Assembly (NCBI GenBank): GCA_048330275.1 | Contig: DBFEIO010000026.1 | Coordinates: 14,662 to 78,661 of the forward strand | Length of the DNA: 64,000 bases | Reading direction: 5' to 3' | From: Collinsella sp. | Lineage (GTDB): Bacteria; Actinomycetota; Coriobacteriia; Coriobacteriales; Coriobacteriaceae | Shown: in pieces, positions 8,848 through 17,677 of the stretch | Layout: each line of letters begins with the position of its first letter | Position numbering within the stretch: the stretch's first letter is position 1 | The notes under the pieces: generated by a model | What the model saw: the letters and a program-made list of their open reading frames with translations, nothing else | Database searches by the model: none | What the model was told of the DNA's origin: nothing | Translations under genes and position numbers: made by a program

Positions 8848-9044
8848 ACCTGAGCGAAACGCTGAAATACTACGGCAAGCAGGTGCGCGTGACGTGCACC
8901 GACGGCGAGGAGTACCGGGGCAGGTACGACTGGTACCAAAGCGACGCCGAATCGCTAGACGAGCCCAACGCCATCGGCATAGAGGGCGCGGGCATCATCA
9001 CCGAGATACCCATCGACGAGGTGGCGAGCATCGCCGCCCTGTAG
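8844..9044 (+). CDS. 66-aa acidic protein; candidate immunity or partner of the MuF C-terminal domain
   Basis: ATGA overlap with the MuF gene. AGAGGAGG RBS. A terminator follows. Confidence 0.5.
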   Translation: MNLSETLKYYGKQVRVTCTDGEEYRGRYDWYQSDAESLDEPNAIGIEGAGIITEIPIDEVASIAAL

Positions 9045-9078
9045 CGAAGCAACGGCAACCGAACAGCGACACGGCATC

Positions 9079-9122
9079 AAGGCCGCCCACCACGGGCGGC
9101 CTTTTCTTTTGCCTGGCGACAC
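9079..9122 (+). terminator. Rho-independent terminator followed by a conserved TGCCTGGCGACAC box
   Basis: aaggccgccc-accac-gggcggcctt then ttttctttt; the box lies at 9110-9122. Confidence 0.6.
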
Positions 9123-9246
9123 ATTGGGGAAGATGCAGGCACGCGATGGGGCGGCGAGAACATGCCCCGCACGCGACCACGGCGACAACGGTGGGCCATC
9201 CAAGCGCGCAGGGAAGCGCGACAACCAAACACGGAAGGAGCAAGCG

Positions 9247-9804
9247 ATGGCTGAAGACAACAAGCCCAAGGGAAACGAGGGCGGCGAAGGCCAGGGCACC
9301 GAGCCCCAGAAGGAGGTCGTGTCCTACGCGAAGTACAAGCGCGAGACCGACGAGTACCAGGAGCAGGTGAAGGCCCTCAAGGCCGAGCTGGAGCAGCGCG
9401 ACAAGCAGATCGAGGAGTTCACCTCCAAGGCGGGCAACGCCGAGGAGCTGCAGGCCGCGCTCGACAAGGCCAAGGCCGACAACGAGGCGTACAAGGCCGA
9501 CGCCGAGAAGCGCGAGGCCGACATGCGCCGCGACTTCGCCATCGACACCAAGCTGGCGCAGATGGGGGTGCGCAACGCCAAGGCGGCGCGCGCGATCATC
9601 CCGAACATCGCCGACGCGAAGTTGGACGAGCAGGGCAACCTCACGGGCATCGACTTCGAGGCCCTGAAGAAGGACAACGCCTATATGTTCACCGACCAGC
9701 CCCGCGAGAGCGCGGGCGGCGACCCCAAGGGTGGCGCAGGCTCCGACGGCCTGGCCGACTTCCGCGCAGCTTTCGGACTCACCGACGAATCTTCAAAGGA
9801 GTAA
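9247..9804 (+). CDS. Scaffolding protein
   Basis: Highly charged, coiled-coil, 185 aa, immediately upstream of the capsid gene. GGAAGGAG RBS. Confidence 0.7.
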   Translation: MAEDNKPKGNEGGEGQGTEPQKEVVSYAKYKRETDEYQEQVKALKAELEQRDKQIEEFTSKAGNAEELQAALDKAKADNEAYKADAEKREADMRRDFAIDTKLAQMGVRNAKAARAIIPNIADAKLDEQGNLTGIDFEALKKDNAYMFTDQPRESAGGDPKGGAGSDGLADFRAAFGLTDESSKE

Positions 9805-9807
9805 ATC

Positions 9808-10689
9808 ATGCCAAACAGCATCGAACTGCCCAAGGGCTACGAGAACGTGCTCATGGAGGCGTACCGCAAGGAATCCCTGACCGCCGTGCTGGAGAGTGCC
9901 GCGCCGCAGGGCAACATCGCGCAGATGGAGCAGCTGGGCGAGTTCTACTACCCCGTCTACTCCATGGGCGGCCTGGGAGACGTGCAGGCAAACGGGCGAC
10001 TGCCCCAGAACAGCGGCGCGTCCCTGACCTGGAAGCCCATCAGCGCCAACTACGACCGCGGCACCATCCTGGAAATCGACCAGAAAGTGGACGCCCAGTC
10101 CTTCAACCTGGCGTTCGGCAACGCCGCCGCGCACTTCAACCGCACCAAGGTGGTGCCCGAGGGAGACGCGTTCGTGTTCTCCACGCTGTGCGCAGGCACC
10201 GGCATCACCAAGGAGCAGAAGACCTACGCCGACGGCGCGGACATGCTCAAGGGCCTGAACGCCGCCATGTGCGACATGGACGAGAAGGAGGTGCCGGAAG
10301 AGGGCCGCGTGCTGTTCATCACCCCCACCCTGCTGGGTATGGTGAAGGACCTGGACACCACCAAGTCCCGCGAGGCGCTGGACGGCTTCTCCTCCATCGT
10401 GAAGGTGCCGCAGTCCCGCTTCTACAGCGCCATCGACCTTTTGGACGGCACCACCAAGGACGAGGAGATCGGCCACTACAAGAAGGGCACCGGCGCGGTG
10501 GACATGAACTTCCTCATCGTCCACAAGGACGCCGTGGTGCTGCGCTGGAACTTCGCGCACGGCAAGGTCATCGACGCCGAAGACAACCAGCAGGGCTTCG
10601 GCCACCTGTTCAAGTACCGCAAGTACGGCGTGTGCGGCGTGCGCGAGAACCTGGCGCACTACATCACCGCAGGCATGAAGGCCGCGTAG
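9808..10689 (+). CDS. Major capsid protein
   Basis: 293 aa after the scaffold gene. AAAGGAG RBS. Call is by position and size. Confidence 0.7.
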   Translation: MPNSIELPKGYENVLMEAYRKESLTAVLESAAPQGNIAQMEQLGEFYYPVYSMGGLGDVQANGRLPQNSGASLTWKPISANYDRGTILEIDQKVDAQSFNLAFGNAAAHFNRTKVVPEGDAFVFSTLCAGTGITKEQKTYADGADMLKGLNAAMCDMDEKEVPEEGRVLFITPTLLGMVKDLDTTKSREALDGFSSIVKVPQSRFYSAIDLLDGTTKDEEIGHYKKGTGAVDMNFLIVHKDAVVLRWNFAHGKVIDAEDNQQGFGHLFKYRKYGVCGVRENLAHYITAGMKAA

Positions 10690-10703
10690 GAAGGAGGCGC
10701 GAC

Positions 10704-10859
10704 ATGCGCACCGTTGGACTGGCCTTCGAGAAGGAGGCCCCGAAGAAGGCCAAGCCCGCCAAGGGCAAGGCGGAAAAGCCCGAGGCGAAGGCCGCAGACG
10801 AGCAGCCCACCAAGGGCAAGGCGGAAAAGCCCGAGGCGGCCGAGGACGATGGAAACTAG
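10704..10859 (+). CDS. Small Lys/Glu-rich repeat protein
   Basis: AGGAGG RBS. Contains a perfect 29-bp direct repeat (10759-10787 and 10810-10838) encoding KGKAEKPEA twice. Confidence 0.35.
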   Translation: MRTVGLAFEKEAPKKAKPAKGKAEKPEAKAADEQPTKGKAEKPEAAEDDGN

Positions 10860-11208
10860 AGCCCCGACCCACGAGGACTACCTGGCAGCCGGGCGCGGGG
10901 AGCTGTCCGCCGAGGAGTTCAAGGCGGCGCTCCCCCACGCCACGGCAGTCGTGCGCGACCTGATCTTCCCCAACGAGCCGGACGGCTCCGAGGAGTGGGC
11001 GCGCGCGGTCATGGCGGCCTGCGAGGTCGACGCCGCGTACGGATGCTCGGGCGGCATCATGGAGGGCGGCGGCTTCACCGTCGGCTCGTTCTCGTGGAAC
11101 CCCGGTACCGAAGGGGCCAGCACCTACCGCAGCGACATGGAGGCCGCCGTCCGCCGCGAGCTGCTCGGAACGCCGCTGCTCTACGCGGGCATCGGGGGTA
11201 CCAGATGA
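10849..11208 (+). CDS. Head-tail connector-type protein
   Basis: Position in the head-completion block. 119 aa. Confidence 0.5.
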   Translation: METRAPTHEDYLAAGRGELSAEEFKAALPHATAVVRDLIFPNEPDGSEEWARAVMAACEVDAAYGCSGGIMEGGGFTVGSFSWNPGTEGASTYRSDMEAAVRRELLGTPLLYAGIGGTR

Positions 11209-11534
11209 TGCGGGTGCCGCGCTCGGCGCGGCCCTCCACCATGTCCGTCAAGGTGCCCAGGGAGGGCGGCTACGGCGGCGAGTTCGAGCAGCCCGTCGAG
11301 GTGCGCCGCGTGCGCTTCGAGCCCGTCTCGGCGTGGCTCGTGCGCGAGTACGCCCTGGGCGACGGCGCGCAGGGCCTCGTGATAGCGGACGGCGCGGACA
11401 GCCCCGGCATGTTCGACGTGCCAGTGGGCAGCCGCGTGAGCATCGACGGGGGCGAGTGGATGAACGTGGCGAGGTGCACGCCCCGCCGCGCGTTCGGCAC
11501 CCGTCCCCACCACTGGGAACTGGAGGTGAGGTAG
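11205..11534 (+). CDS. Head closure / adaptor-type protein
   Basis: ATGA overlap with the upstream ORF. Call is by position. Confidence 0.45.
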   Translation: MMRVPRSARPSTMSVKVPREGGYGGEFEQPVEVRRVRFEPVSAWLVREYALGDGAQGLVIADGADSPGMFDVPVGSRVSIDGGEWMNVARCTPRRAFGTRPHHWELEVR

Positions 11535-11536
11535 CC

Positions 11537-11887
11537 ATGCCCGCAGCAGTTACGGTCGACCTGACCAAGCTCATGAAGCGTTTCAGCGCGAAGGAGCTGG
11601 AGGCCAAGCAGGTGAAGTTCGCCATGAACGTGGCCGAGGACATGAACGCGTTCACGCCAGAGGACACCAAGCGCATGCATAACTCCATGCAGGCCGCCTC
11701 CGACTTCAGGCAGGGCCTCGTCATATGGGACGCCGACTACGCCGCCTACGTGCGCGACCTGCCCGACAGCTCCATCAAGCACGGCAAGAACCCGAGGGCC
11801 AAGGCCGACTGGCCGAAGGCCGCGAAGGAGGCGCATGGCGAGGACTGGGAGCACCTGGCCGTCGACCTCCTGACCGAGGGGGCGTGA
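11537..11887 (+). CDS. Neck / tail-completion-type protein
   Basis: Call is by position. 116 aa. Confidence 0.45.
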   Translation: MPAAVTVDLTKLMKRFSAKELEAKQVKFAMNVAEDMNAFTPEDTKRMHNSMQAASDFRQGLVIWDADYAAYVRDLPDSSIKHGKNPRAKADWPKAAKEAHGEDWEHLAVDLLTEGA

Positions 11888-11888
11888 C

Positions 11889-12287
11889 ATGGCCCCGGAC
11901 GTGATGGAGGCGGCGAAGGCCGCCATAGAGGCCCTAGGCTACGGCCCGGTGCTCCTCACCCGCCTGGCCGCCTCGCGCGGCCACGACGACGCGGTGGTGC
12001 TGCGGCCCATGCCCACCACCGACGTGGTGCGCCACATGGACGGCACCCGCCGCGTGGGATACGTGCTGCAGGTCATCGTGAAGGACACCTCCGAGGCCAA
12101 GGCCATGGGCGACGCCTACGACCTGGCCGACGCGCTGGACGGGGCCGACCTGTCCTCGCCCACAGGCTCCTACGGCTTCACGAGCGCGTCGCTGTACACC
12201 GAGCCGCAGGAGATAACGCCGCCCGAGGGCGGGCCGTACCTGTGGGAGTTCCGAATCAAAGCGATCATAACCATAGAGAAGGGATAA
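11889..12287 (+). CDS. Tail terminator-type protein
   Basis: Lies immediately upstream of the major tail protein. Confidence 0.45.
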   Translation: MAPDVMEAAKAAIEALGYGPVLLTRLAASRGHDDAVVLRPMPTTDVVRHMDGTRRVGYVLQVIVKDTSEAKAMGDAYDLADALDGADLSSPTGSYGFTSASLYTEPQEITPPEGGPYLWEFRIKAIITIEKG

Positions 12288-12289
12288 CG

Positions 12290-13006
12290 ATGGCAAAGAA
12301 CCAAGACCTGGGCTTCGCGCCCAACTACATGAGCGCGCTGGAGATCGACACCACGCCAGACGCGGCCAGCCCCACGTGGGCCATCTTCTCGCGCGGCATC
12401 ACCGAGGTGAAGCCGACCACCAACGAGACCACCGAGACCAAGGACTACTACGACGGCTACGGCACTCCCACCGACAAGGTGAAGAGCGTGCAGCCGCAGT
12501 ACGAGGTCACTGGCGACCGCTGCTACGGCGACCCCGCGCAGGACTTCGTTGCCAGCCTGGCGCTTGAGACCGGCGAGGGCCGCACGGGCCACTTCCGCCA
12601 CACCGACCCCAACGGCGACGTGGTGGAGGGCGACTGCACCTACCTGGGCCTGACCGTCGGCTCGCAGCAGGGCGCGGCGTCCGACCCCGGCGCGTTCTCC
12701 TGCACAATCTCGGGCGCTGGCGCTATGCGCTACATCCCCGCCAACAAGCTCAAGCAGCCCACGGGCGTCACCTGCACCGCGCCGACCGGCCCGGCCGTGG
12801 GCAAGTCCATGAAGCTCGCGCCGACCGTCACGCCCGCCGAGGCGAACGCCAAGTGCTTCTTCGCATCGGGCAACACCGACGTGGCCACCGTCGACAGCGA
12901 CGGCAACGTGACGGGCGTGGCCGTAGGCGAGGCGGTCATCACCGTGCGCTGCGCGTCCAAGCCGAGCATCTGCACGCAGGTGAAGGTCACCGTGTCGGCG
13001 AAGTAG
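12290..13006 (+). CDS. Major tail protein with a C-terminal Ig-like (Big_2-type) domain
   Basis: The C-terminus (KLAPTVTPAEANAKCFFASGNTDVATVDSDGNVTGVAVGEAVITV) is a typical Big_2 pattern. A terminator follows. Confidence 0.75.
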   Translation: MAKNQDLGFAPNYMSALEIDTTPDAASPTWAIFSRGITEVKPTTNETTETKDYYDGYGTPTDKVKSVQPQYEVTGDRCYGDPAQDFVASLALETGEGRTGHFRHTDPNGDVVEGDCTYLGLTVGSQQGAASDPGAFSCTISGAGAMRYIPANKLKQPTGVTCTAPTGPAVGKSMKLAPTVTPAEANAKCFFASGNTDVATVDSDGNVTGVAVGEAVITVRCASKPSICTQVKVTVSAK

Positions 13007-13041
13007 CCGCAGGCGACACCAGACATAACCTCCTGGACATG

Positions 13042-13093
13042 GGGGCGCGGGCTAGTGAGCGGCCCGCGCCCCTTTTCTATGCCCGACGCTCAC
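13042..13093 (+). terminator. Rho-independent terminator plus a degenerate copy of the junction box (TGCCCGACGCTCAC)
   Basis: 11-bp stem (ggggcgcgggc / gcccgcgcccc) followed by ttttct. Confidence 0.6.
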
Positions 13094-13114
13094 CGCTCAC
13101 GAAAGGGGCAACAA

Positions 13115-13618
13115 ATGGAACTTCTGAAAAACATCCGCGCGTACGAGGACGTGTTCTTCGAGGACCCCGAGGAGAACCCCGACACGCCGCGCTTCCGCGT
13201 GTGGTTCGACGACAAGCACATTGAGGAGTACCTGGCCAAGGTCGGCAACGCCATCGACCGCGCGCAGGCCAACGAGCAGATGGCCCGCGAGGCCGACACC
13301 CCCGAGAAGGCGGCCGAGGCCAACGCCGCGCAGGCCCGCCTCATGAAGCGCACCATCTCGGCGTTCATCGGCACCGAGGGCTGGGAGCAGCTGCTCGCGT
13401 GGATGGGCGGCGACGAGGGCCCCATCGCGCCCGAGGAGAACATCCGCATCCTGGGCGAGGTCTTCGCCACGTTCCTCAACATGTTGGCGCGCCACGCGAC
13501 CAGCGAGCAGCTGATGGCGTGCGGCCTTGCATACAGCGAGCGCGCCGATCAGGTCCAGGCGCTCAACCGCGCCCAGCGCCGCGCCAAGGCCAAGCGCAAG
13601 AAGAAGGGCGGCAAGTAA
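13115..13618 (+). CDS. Tail assembly chaperone-type protein
   Basis: Acidic with a basic C-terminal tail (RRAKAKRKKKGGK). Lies between the major tail protein and the tape measure. Confidence 0.55.
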   Translation: MELLKNIRAYEDVFFEDPEENPDTPRFRVWFDDKHIEEYLAKVGNAIDRAQANEQMAREADTPEKAAEANAAQARLMKRTISAFIGTEGWEQLLAWMGGDEGPIAPEENIRILGEVFATFLNMLARHATSEQLMACGLAYSERADQVQALNRAQRRAKAKRKKKGGK

Positions 13619-14274
13619 TGCTGCCAGCCGCGCTCACGGCCGAGCGGGTGCGGCTGCCCGATGGCACGAGCGCCACGCGCTACCCGTGGAACGGCGAGGA
13701 GGTGCTGGTGCGCGACGACGCGCTCACGATCATCCGCGTCATCGAGGTGCTGACCGACGAGGGCAAGTCCGACGACCAGCGCCGGGACGAGTTCCTGGCG
13801 CTGGTCGTCGTGGACTGGGCGGACGCGTGGTGCGCATGCGACTACGACGCCGCCGAGTTCGTGCGGATGCGCGACGCGGCGGTATGGGACATGTGCGGAC
13901 TCGACCTGAGCGGCGACCGCCCGCACGAGACCCCGCTGTGGGACTTGGAGGAAGACGCGGCGCGCATACGCACCAGCTTCCGCCAGGCCTACGGCATCGA
14001 GTGGGACGAGGTGCGCGGTCGCATCAGCTTCGCCGAGTTCGTGGCACTCGTGGGCGGCTGCCCGCAGGACACGCCGCTCGGCGCGGCCATCCACTACCGC
14101 AACCCGGCGACCAAGCCGAAGCCAACCAAATACAACAGGCAGGAGGTCGAGGCCTGGAACGCCGCCCACAAGGCGTTCGAACTCGGCAAAGGCCGCAGCT
14201 CACACGGCTCTGAGGAAGGAAGCGACGCGGCGATGCGCGATGTGTTCGCCGCGCTCAAGAGAGCGACGAGGTGA
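13618..14274 (+). CDS. Gp15-like tail-module protein
   Basis: TAATG coupling with the upstream ORF. Lies directly upstream of the tape measure, as in A118-like phages (recollection). Confidence 0.5.
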   Translation: MLPAALTAERVRLPDGTSATRYPWNGEEVLVRDDALTIIRVIEVLTDEGKSDDQRRDEFLALVVVDWADAWCACDYDAAEFVRMRDAAVWDMCGLDLSGDRPHETPLWDLEEDAARIRTSFRQAYGIEWDEVRGRISFAEFVALVGGCPQDTPLGAAIHYRNPATKPKPTKYNRQEVEAWNAAHKAFELGKGRSSHGSEEGSDAAMRDVFAALKRATR

Positions 14275-16967
14275 GCATGGACGGCAACGTCATCATCAAA
14301 GCGGTGCTCGACACCGTTGACGTATCCAAGAACATCAAGGCCCTGGAGCGCGACCTCCAGGGCATCTCCTGGAAGAACATAACCGAGGGCGACGAGAAGG
14401 CCGCGAAGCTGTCGTCCTCGTTCAAGAAGGCCGGCACGGCCGCCACGGTGACGCTGACCGCGCCCGTGGTGGCCGCCGGCAAGGCCGTATTCGGCGTGGC
14501 CAGCGACTACGAGCAAGCCAACGCCCGCATAGCCGCCGCGCTCGGCGTGTCCGGCGAGGAGGCCGAGCGTTTCAGCGGCATAGGCAAGCGCATATACGAG
14601 GGTGGCTGGGGCCAGTCCCTGGACGAGGTCAACGATGCGCTGATCCAGTGCAAGTCCACCCTTCGCGACGTGTCCGACGAGGACCTGCAGACCGTCACCA
14701 CCAACGCACTCATGCTGTCGGACACCTTCGGCGCAGACGTGAACGAGTCCATACGCGGCACCAACGCCCTCATGGAGGGCTTCGGGCTGTCCGCCACCGA
14801 GGCCAGCGACCTGCTGACGGCGGGCATGCAGCGCGGCCTGAACTACACCGACGAGCTGGGCGACAACCTGAGCGAATACTCCGTGCGATGGGGCGAGGCG
14901 GGAATGAGCGCCAGCGAGTACTTCTCGCTGCTAGAAGCGGGCACGTCCAACGGCGCGTACAACCTGGACAAGGTGGGCGACTACCTCAACGAGTTCCTGA
15001 CGGCGCTTTCCGACGGCCGCATGGAGGAATCCATCGGCTCGTTCAGCGAGGGCACGCAGGAGGTCTTCGAGAACTTCAAGAACGGCAGCGCCACCGCCGA
15101 GGACATGCTGCAGGCGGTGCTGGGCGACCTCACGCAGATGCCAAACGAGTACGACAAGGCCGCGCTGGCCTCCACCCTGTGGTCCTCGCTGGGCGAGGAC
15201 AATGCCATGGGTATGATCGAGTCCCTGGCAGGCGTGCAGGACAGCTTCGGCGACGTGGCGGGCGCTGCGCAGCAGGCCCAGGAGGCCGCCTCCAACAGCT
15301 TCGCCGTGAAATCGCAGGAGGCCATGCGCGAGCTGCAGGGCTCCATCGAGCCGCTTGGCGAGCCGCTGCTCAACATCGCCACCAACGTGGCGGGCGTCGT
15401 CAAGTCGTTCTCCGAGTGGTTCGCCGGCATCGGCGAGGGCGGCCAGACCGCCGTGCTGGCGATCGCCACGATAGCGGCCGCCATAGGCCCCGTGCTGTCG
15501 ACGGTCGGCACCGTCGTGGACACCGTGCCGAAAATCGGAGCGGCCTTCCAGGTGGTCGGCAAGCTGGGCACCGGCGCGCTGGGGCTCATAGCCGCGCACC
15601 CCGTGGTAGCGGCCATAGCGGCCATCATCGCCGCCGTGGTGCTGCTGTGGAACAACTGCGAGGAGTTCCGCGACGCGGTGACCGCCGTGTGGGATGCCGT
15701 GTGTGCCGCGTTCGAGGTGGCCATCCAGGTGGCGGGCGACGTGGCCCAAAGCGTCGGCGAGTTCTTCTCGCAGCTCGGCGAGACGCTGGGCGGCGTGTGG
15801 GACGGCATCTGCTCCACGGTGCAGGGGGCCATCGACGCCATGGCCGGGTTCTTCCAAGGCCTGGCCGGCACCGCCTCGTCCATCTGGGACGGCATCTGCA
15901 ACGTGGTGCAGGTCGCCGTGATGCTGCTGGGCGAGATTCTGAACCTGGCCATCGAGACGCTGCTCATACCCTGGAACTTCATCTGGGAGAACTTCGGCGA
16001 GCAGCTGACGGCGGCATGGGACGCAATCTGCGGCGCGGTGGGAGGCTACATCGACGCGGTGAGCCAGGTCATCACCGACGTGGTGACGGCGCTCTCCGAA
16101 TGGTGGGGCGCGACGTGGGAAGGCATCAGCGGCACCGCCAGCGCCATATGGGAGGCCATCTACGGCGCGGTGAGCGCATACATCCAGTACGTTAGCGACG
16201 TGATAGGCGCAGCCCTTTGGGTCATCCAGGGCGTGTGGGACACGGTGTGGGGCGCGGTGTGCTTCACCGCCTCCAGCATATGGGACGCCATCAGCTCGGC
16301 GATAGTCGCGGCCATCAATGCCATCAGCTCCACCATATCGGCGGTGCTGTCGGCAATTCAGGCGGTGTGGGACTCCATATGGGGTGCCGTGAGCAGCACG
16401 GCGTCGAGCGTGTGGGGCGGCATCAGCTCCACCATATCCAGCATCGTGAACGGCATCCGCGACACGATCTCCAGCGTGTTCAACGCCGCCAAGGACACCG
16501 TGAGCAGCGTGTGGAACTCCATCAAGAGCGCCATCGAGACGCCGATACAGAACGCCCGCGACACCGTGCGCAACGTAATCGACTCCATCAAGGGGTTCTT
16601 CAACTTCTCGTGGTCGCTGCCCCACCTGAAGCTGCCGCACCTGTCCATCTCCGGCAGCTTCAGCATTGCCCCGCCGAGCGTGCCGCACTTCGGCATCGAC
16701 TGGTACGCCAAGGGCGGCGTGTTCAACGGCCCCAGCGTCATCGGCGTCGGCGAGGCGGGCCCCGAGGGCGTGGTGCCGTTCAACGAGCGCGGCGCGCGCC
16801 CGCTGGCCGAGGGCATAGCCAAGCTGCTCGACGGCAAGGGCGGCGCTGCCCATGGCGACACGAACGTGACAATCAACCTGTACGCGACCGTGCGGGAGGA
16901 GGCCGACATCGAGAAAATCTCCCGCCAGATAGCCAAGGAAATCAAACGGCAGGAGTGCTTCGCATGA
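14271..16967 (+). CDS. Tape measure protein
   Basis: 898 aa with hydrophobic central segments. The C-terminal half consists of periodic W/F repeats (VWDAVC, VWDGIC, SIWDGIC, AAWDAIC, AIWEAIY, SIWDAIS, AVWDSIW, SVWGGIS, SVWNSIK). The start is GTG 14271 or ATG 14277. Confidence 0.9.
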   Translation: MSMDGNVIIKAVLDTVDVSKNIKALERDLQGISWKNITEGDEKAAKLSSSFKKAGTAATVTLTAPVVAAGKAVFGVASDYEQANARIAAALGVSGEEAERFSGIGKRIYEGGWGQSLDEVNDALIQCKSTLRDVSDEDLQTVTTNALMLSDTFGADVNESIRGTNALMEGFGLSATEASDLLTAGMQRGLNYTDELGDNLSEYSVRWGEAGMSASEYFSLLEAGTSNGAYNLDKVGDYLNEFLTALSDGRMEESIGSFSEGTQEVFENFKNGSATAEDMLQAVLGDLTQMPNEYDKAALASTLWSSLGEDNAMGMIESLAGVQDSFGDVAGAAQQAQEAASNSFAVKSQEAMRELQGSIEPLGEPLLNIATNVAGVVKSFSEWFAGIGEGGQTAVLAIATIAAAIGPVLSTVGTVVDTVPKIGAAFQVVGKLGTGALGLIAAHPVVAAIAAIIAAVVLLWNNCEEFRDAVTAVWDAVCAAFEVAIQVAGDVAQSVGEFFSQLGETLGGVWDGICSTVQGAIDAMAGFFQGLAGTASSIWDGICNVVQVAVMLLGEILNLAIETLLIPWNFIWENFGEQLTAAWDAICGAVGGYIDAVSQVITDVVTALSEWWGATWEGISGTASAIWEAIYGAVSAYIQYVSDVIGAALWVIQGVWDTVWGAVCFTASSIWDAISSAIVAAINAISSTISAVLSAIQAVWDSIWGAVSSTASSVWGGISSTISSIVNGIRDTISSVFNAAKDTVSSVWNSIKSAIETPIQNARDTVRNVIDSIKGFFNFSWSLPHLKLPHLSISGSFSIAPPSVPHFGIDWYAKGGVFNGPSVIGVGEAGPEGVVPFNERGARPLAEGIAKLLDGKGGAAHGDTNVTINLYATVREEADIEKISRQIAKEIKRQECFA

Positions 16968-17677
16968 TATACAACGGCTTCGACTTCGCGCCGTGGTTCG
17001 ACACCCGGCTCGTGACCCGCTCGCTGCTGCCCGAGTACGAAATCGCCACGCGCGACGTGCCCGGGCAGCCCGGCTCGCGCTTCATGCGCGCAGAGCTGAA
17101 ACCCCTGACGATAGACGTGGCGGCGGCCTGGAGGGCGCGCCCCGCCGACGACATGGCGGCCCTTCGCCGCCTCATGGCCTCGCGCCTGCTGTGCCTCAAG
17201 GAGGCCGAGCTGTGGCTGGACGACGAGAGGCACTTGGGCCTGCGCTACATGGCCGTGCTGACCTCGCCGGGCGCGCTCGACACGCTGTGGCACACCGGCG
17301 AGGCCACGCTGACGTTCACGGCATACGACCCCGTGGCCTACGGGGCCGAGGGGCGCGCAACCGTGTCGGGCACCTCGGGCGTGCAGGTGGGCGGGACGTT
17401 CCGCACCTACCCCACCGTGACCGTCAGGCCCGGCGGCAGCACGTCGGCGCTGCGGCTGACGAACATGGACACGGGCGAGTTCGTGCAGATCGACAAGGCG
17501 GTGACGGCATCGAGCGCGGTGGTCATCGACATGGCCGCCCCGCAGGCCACGGTGGACGGCAGCCCCGCGCCCGTGACCTTCGAGAGTGACTTCTTCCCGC
17601 TGGAGCCGGGGGCCAACAGCCTCAAGCTGTCCAGCGGCACCGCGACGGTACAGTGGACGGAAAGGTACGTGGGCTGA
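16964..17677 (+). CDS. Distal tail protein (Dit)
   Basis: ATGA overlap after the tape measure gene. 237 aa. Confidence 0.7.
   Translation: MIYNGFDFAPWFDTRLVTRSLLPEYEIATRDVPGQPGSRFMRAELKPLTIDVAAAWRARPADDMAALRRLMASRLLCLKEAELWLDDERHLGLRYMAVLTSPGALDTLWHTGEATLTFTAYDPVAYGAEGRATVSGTSGVQVGGTFRTYPTVTVRPGGSTSALRLTNMDTGEFVQIDKAVTASSAVVIDMAAPQATVDGSPAPVTFESDFFPLEPGANSLKLSSGTATVQWTERYVG

Noticed and set aside
13115-14274. Possible programmed -1 frameshift between the tail chaperone ORF and the next ORF (gpG/gpGT paradigm).
   Set aside because: The second ORF has its own ATG in a TAATG overlap, and I saw no slippery heptamer near the end of the first ORF. I treat them as two separate proteins.
14271-16967. 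Periodic W/F repeats in the tape measure protein as something unusual.
   Set aside because: Periodic aromatic repeats are a common feature of tape measure proteins. They are noted in the feature evidence only.
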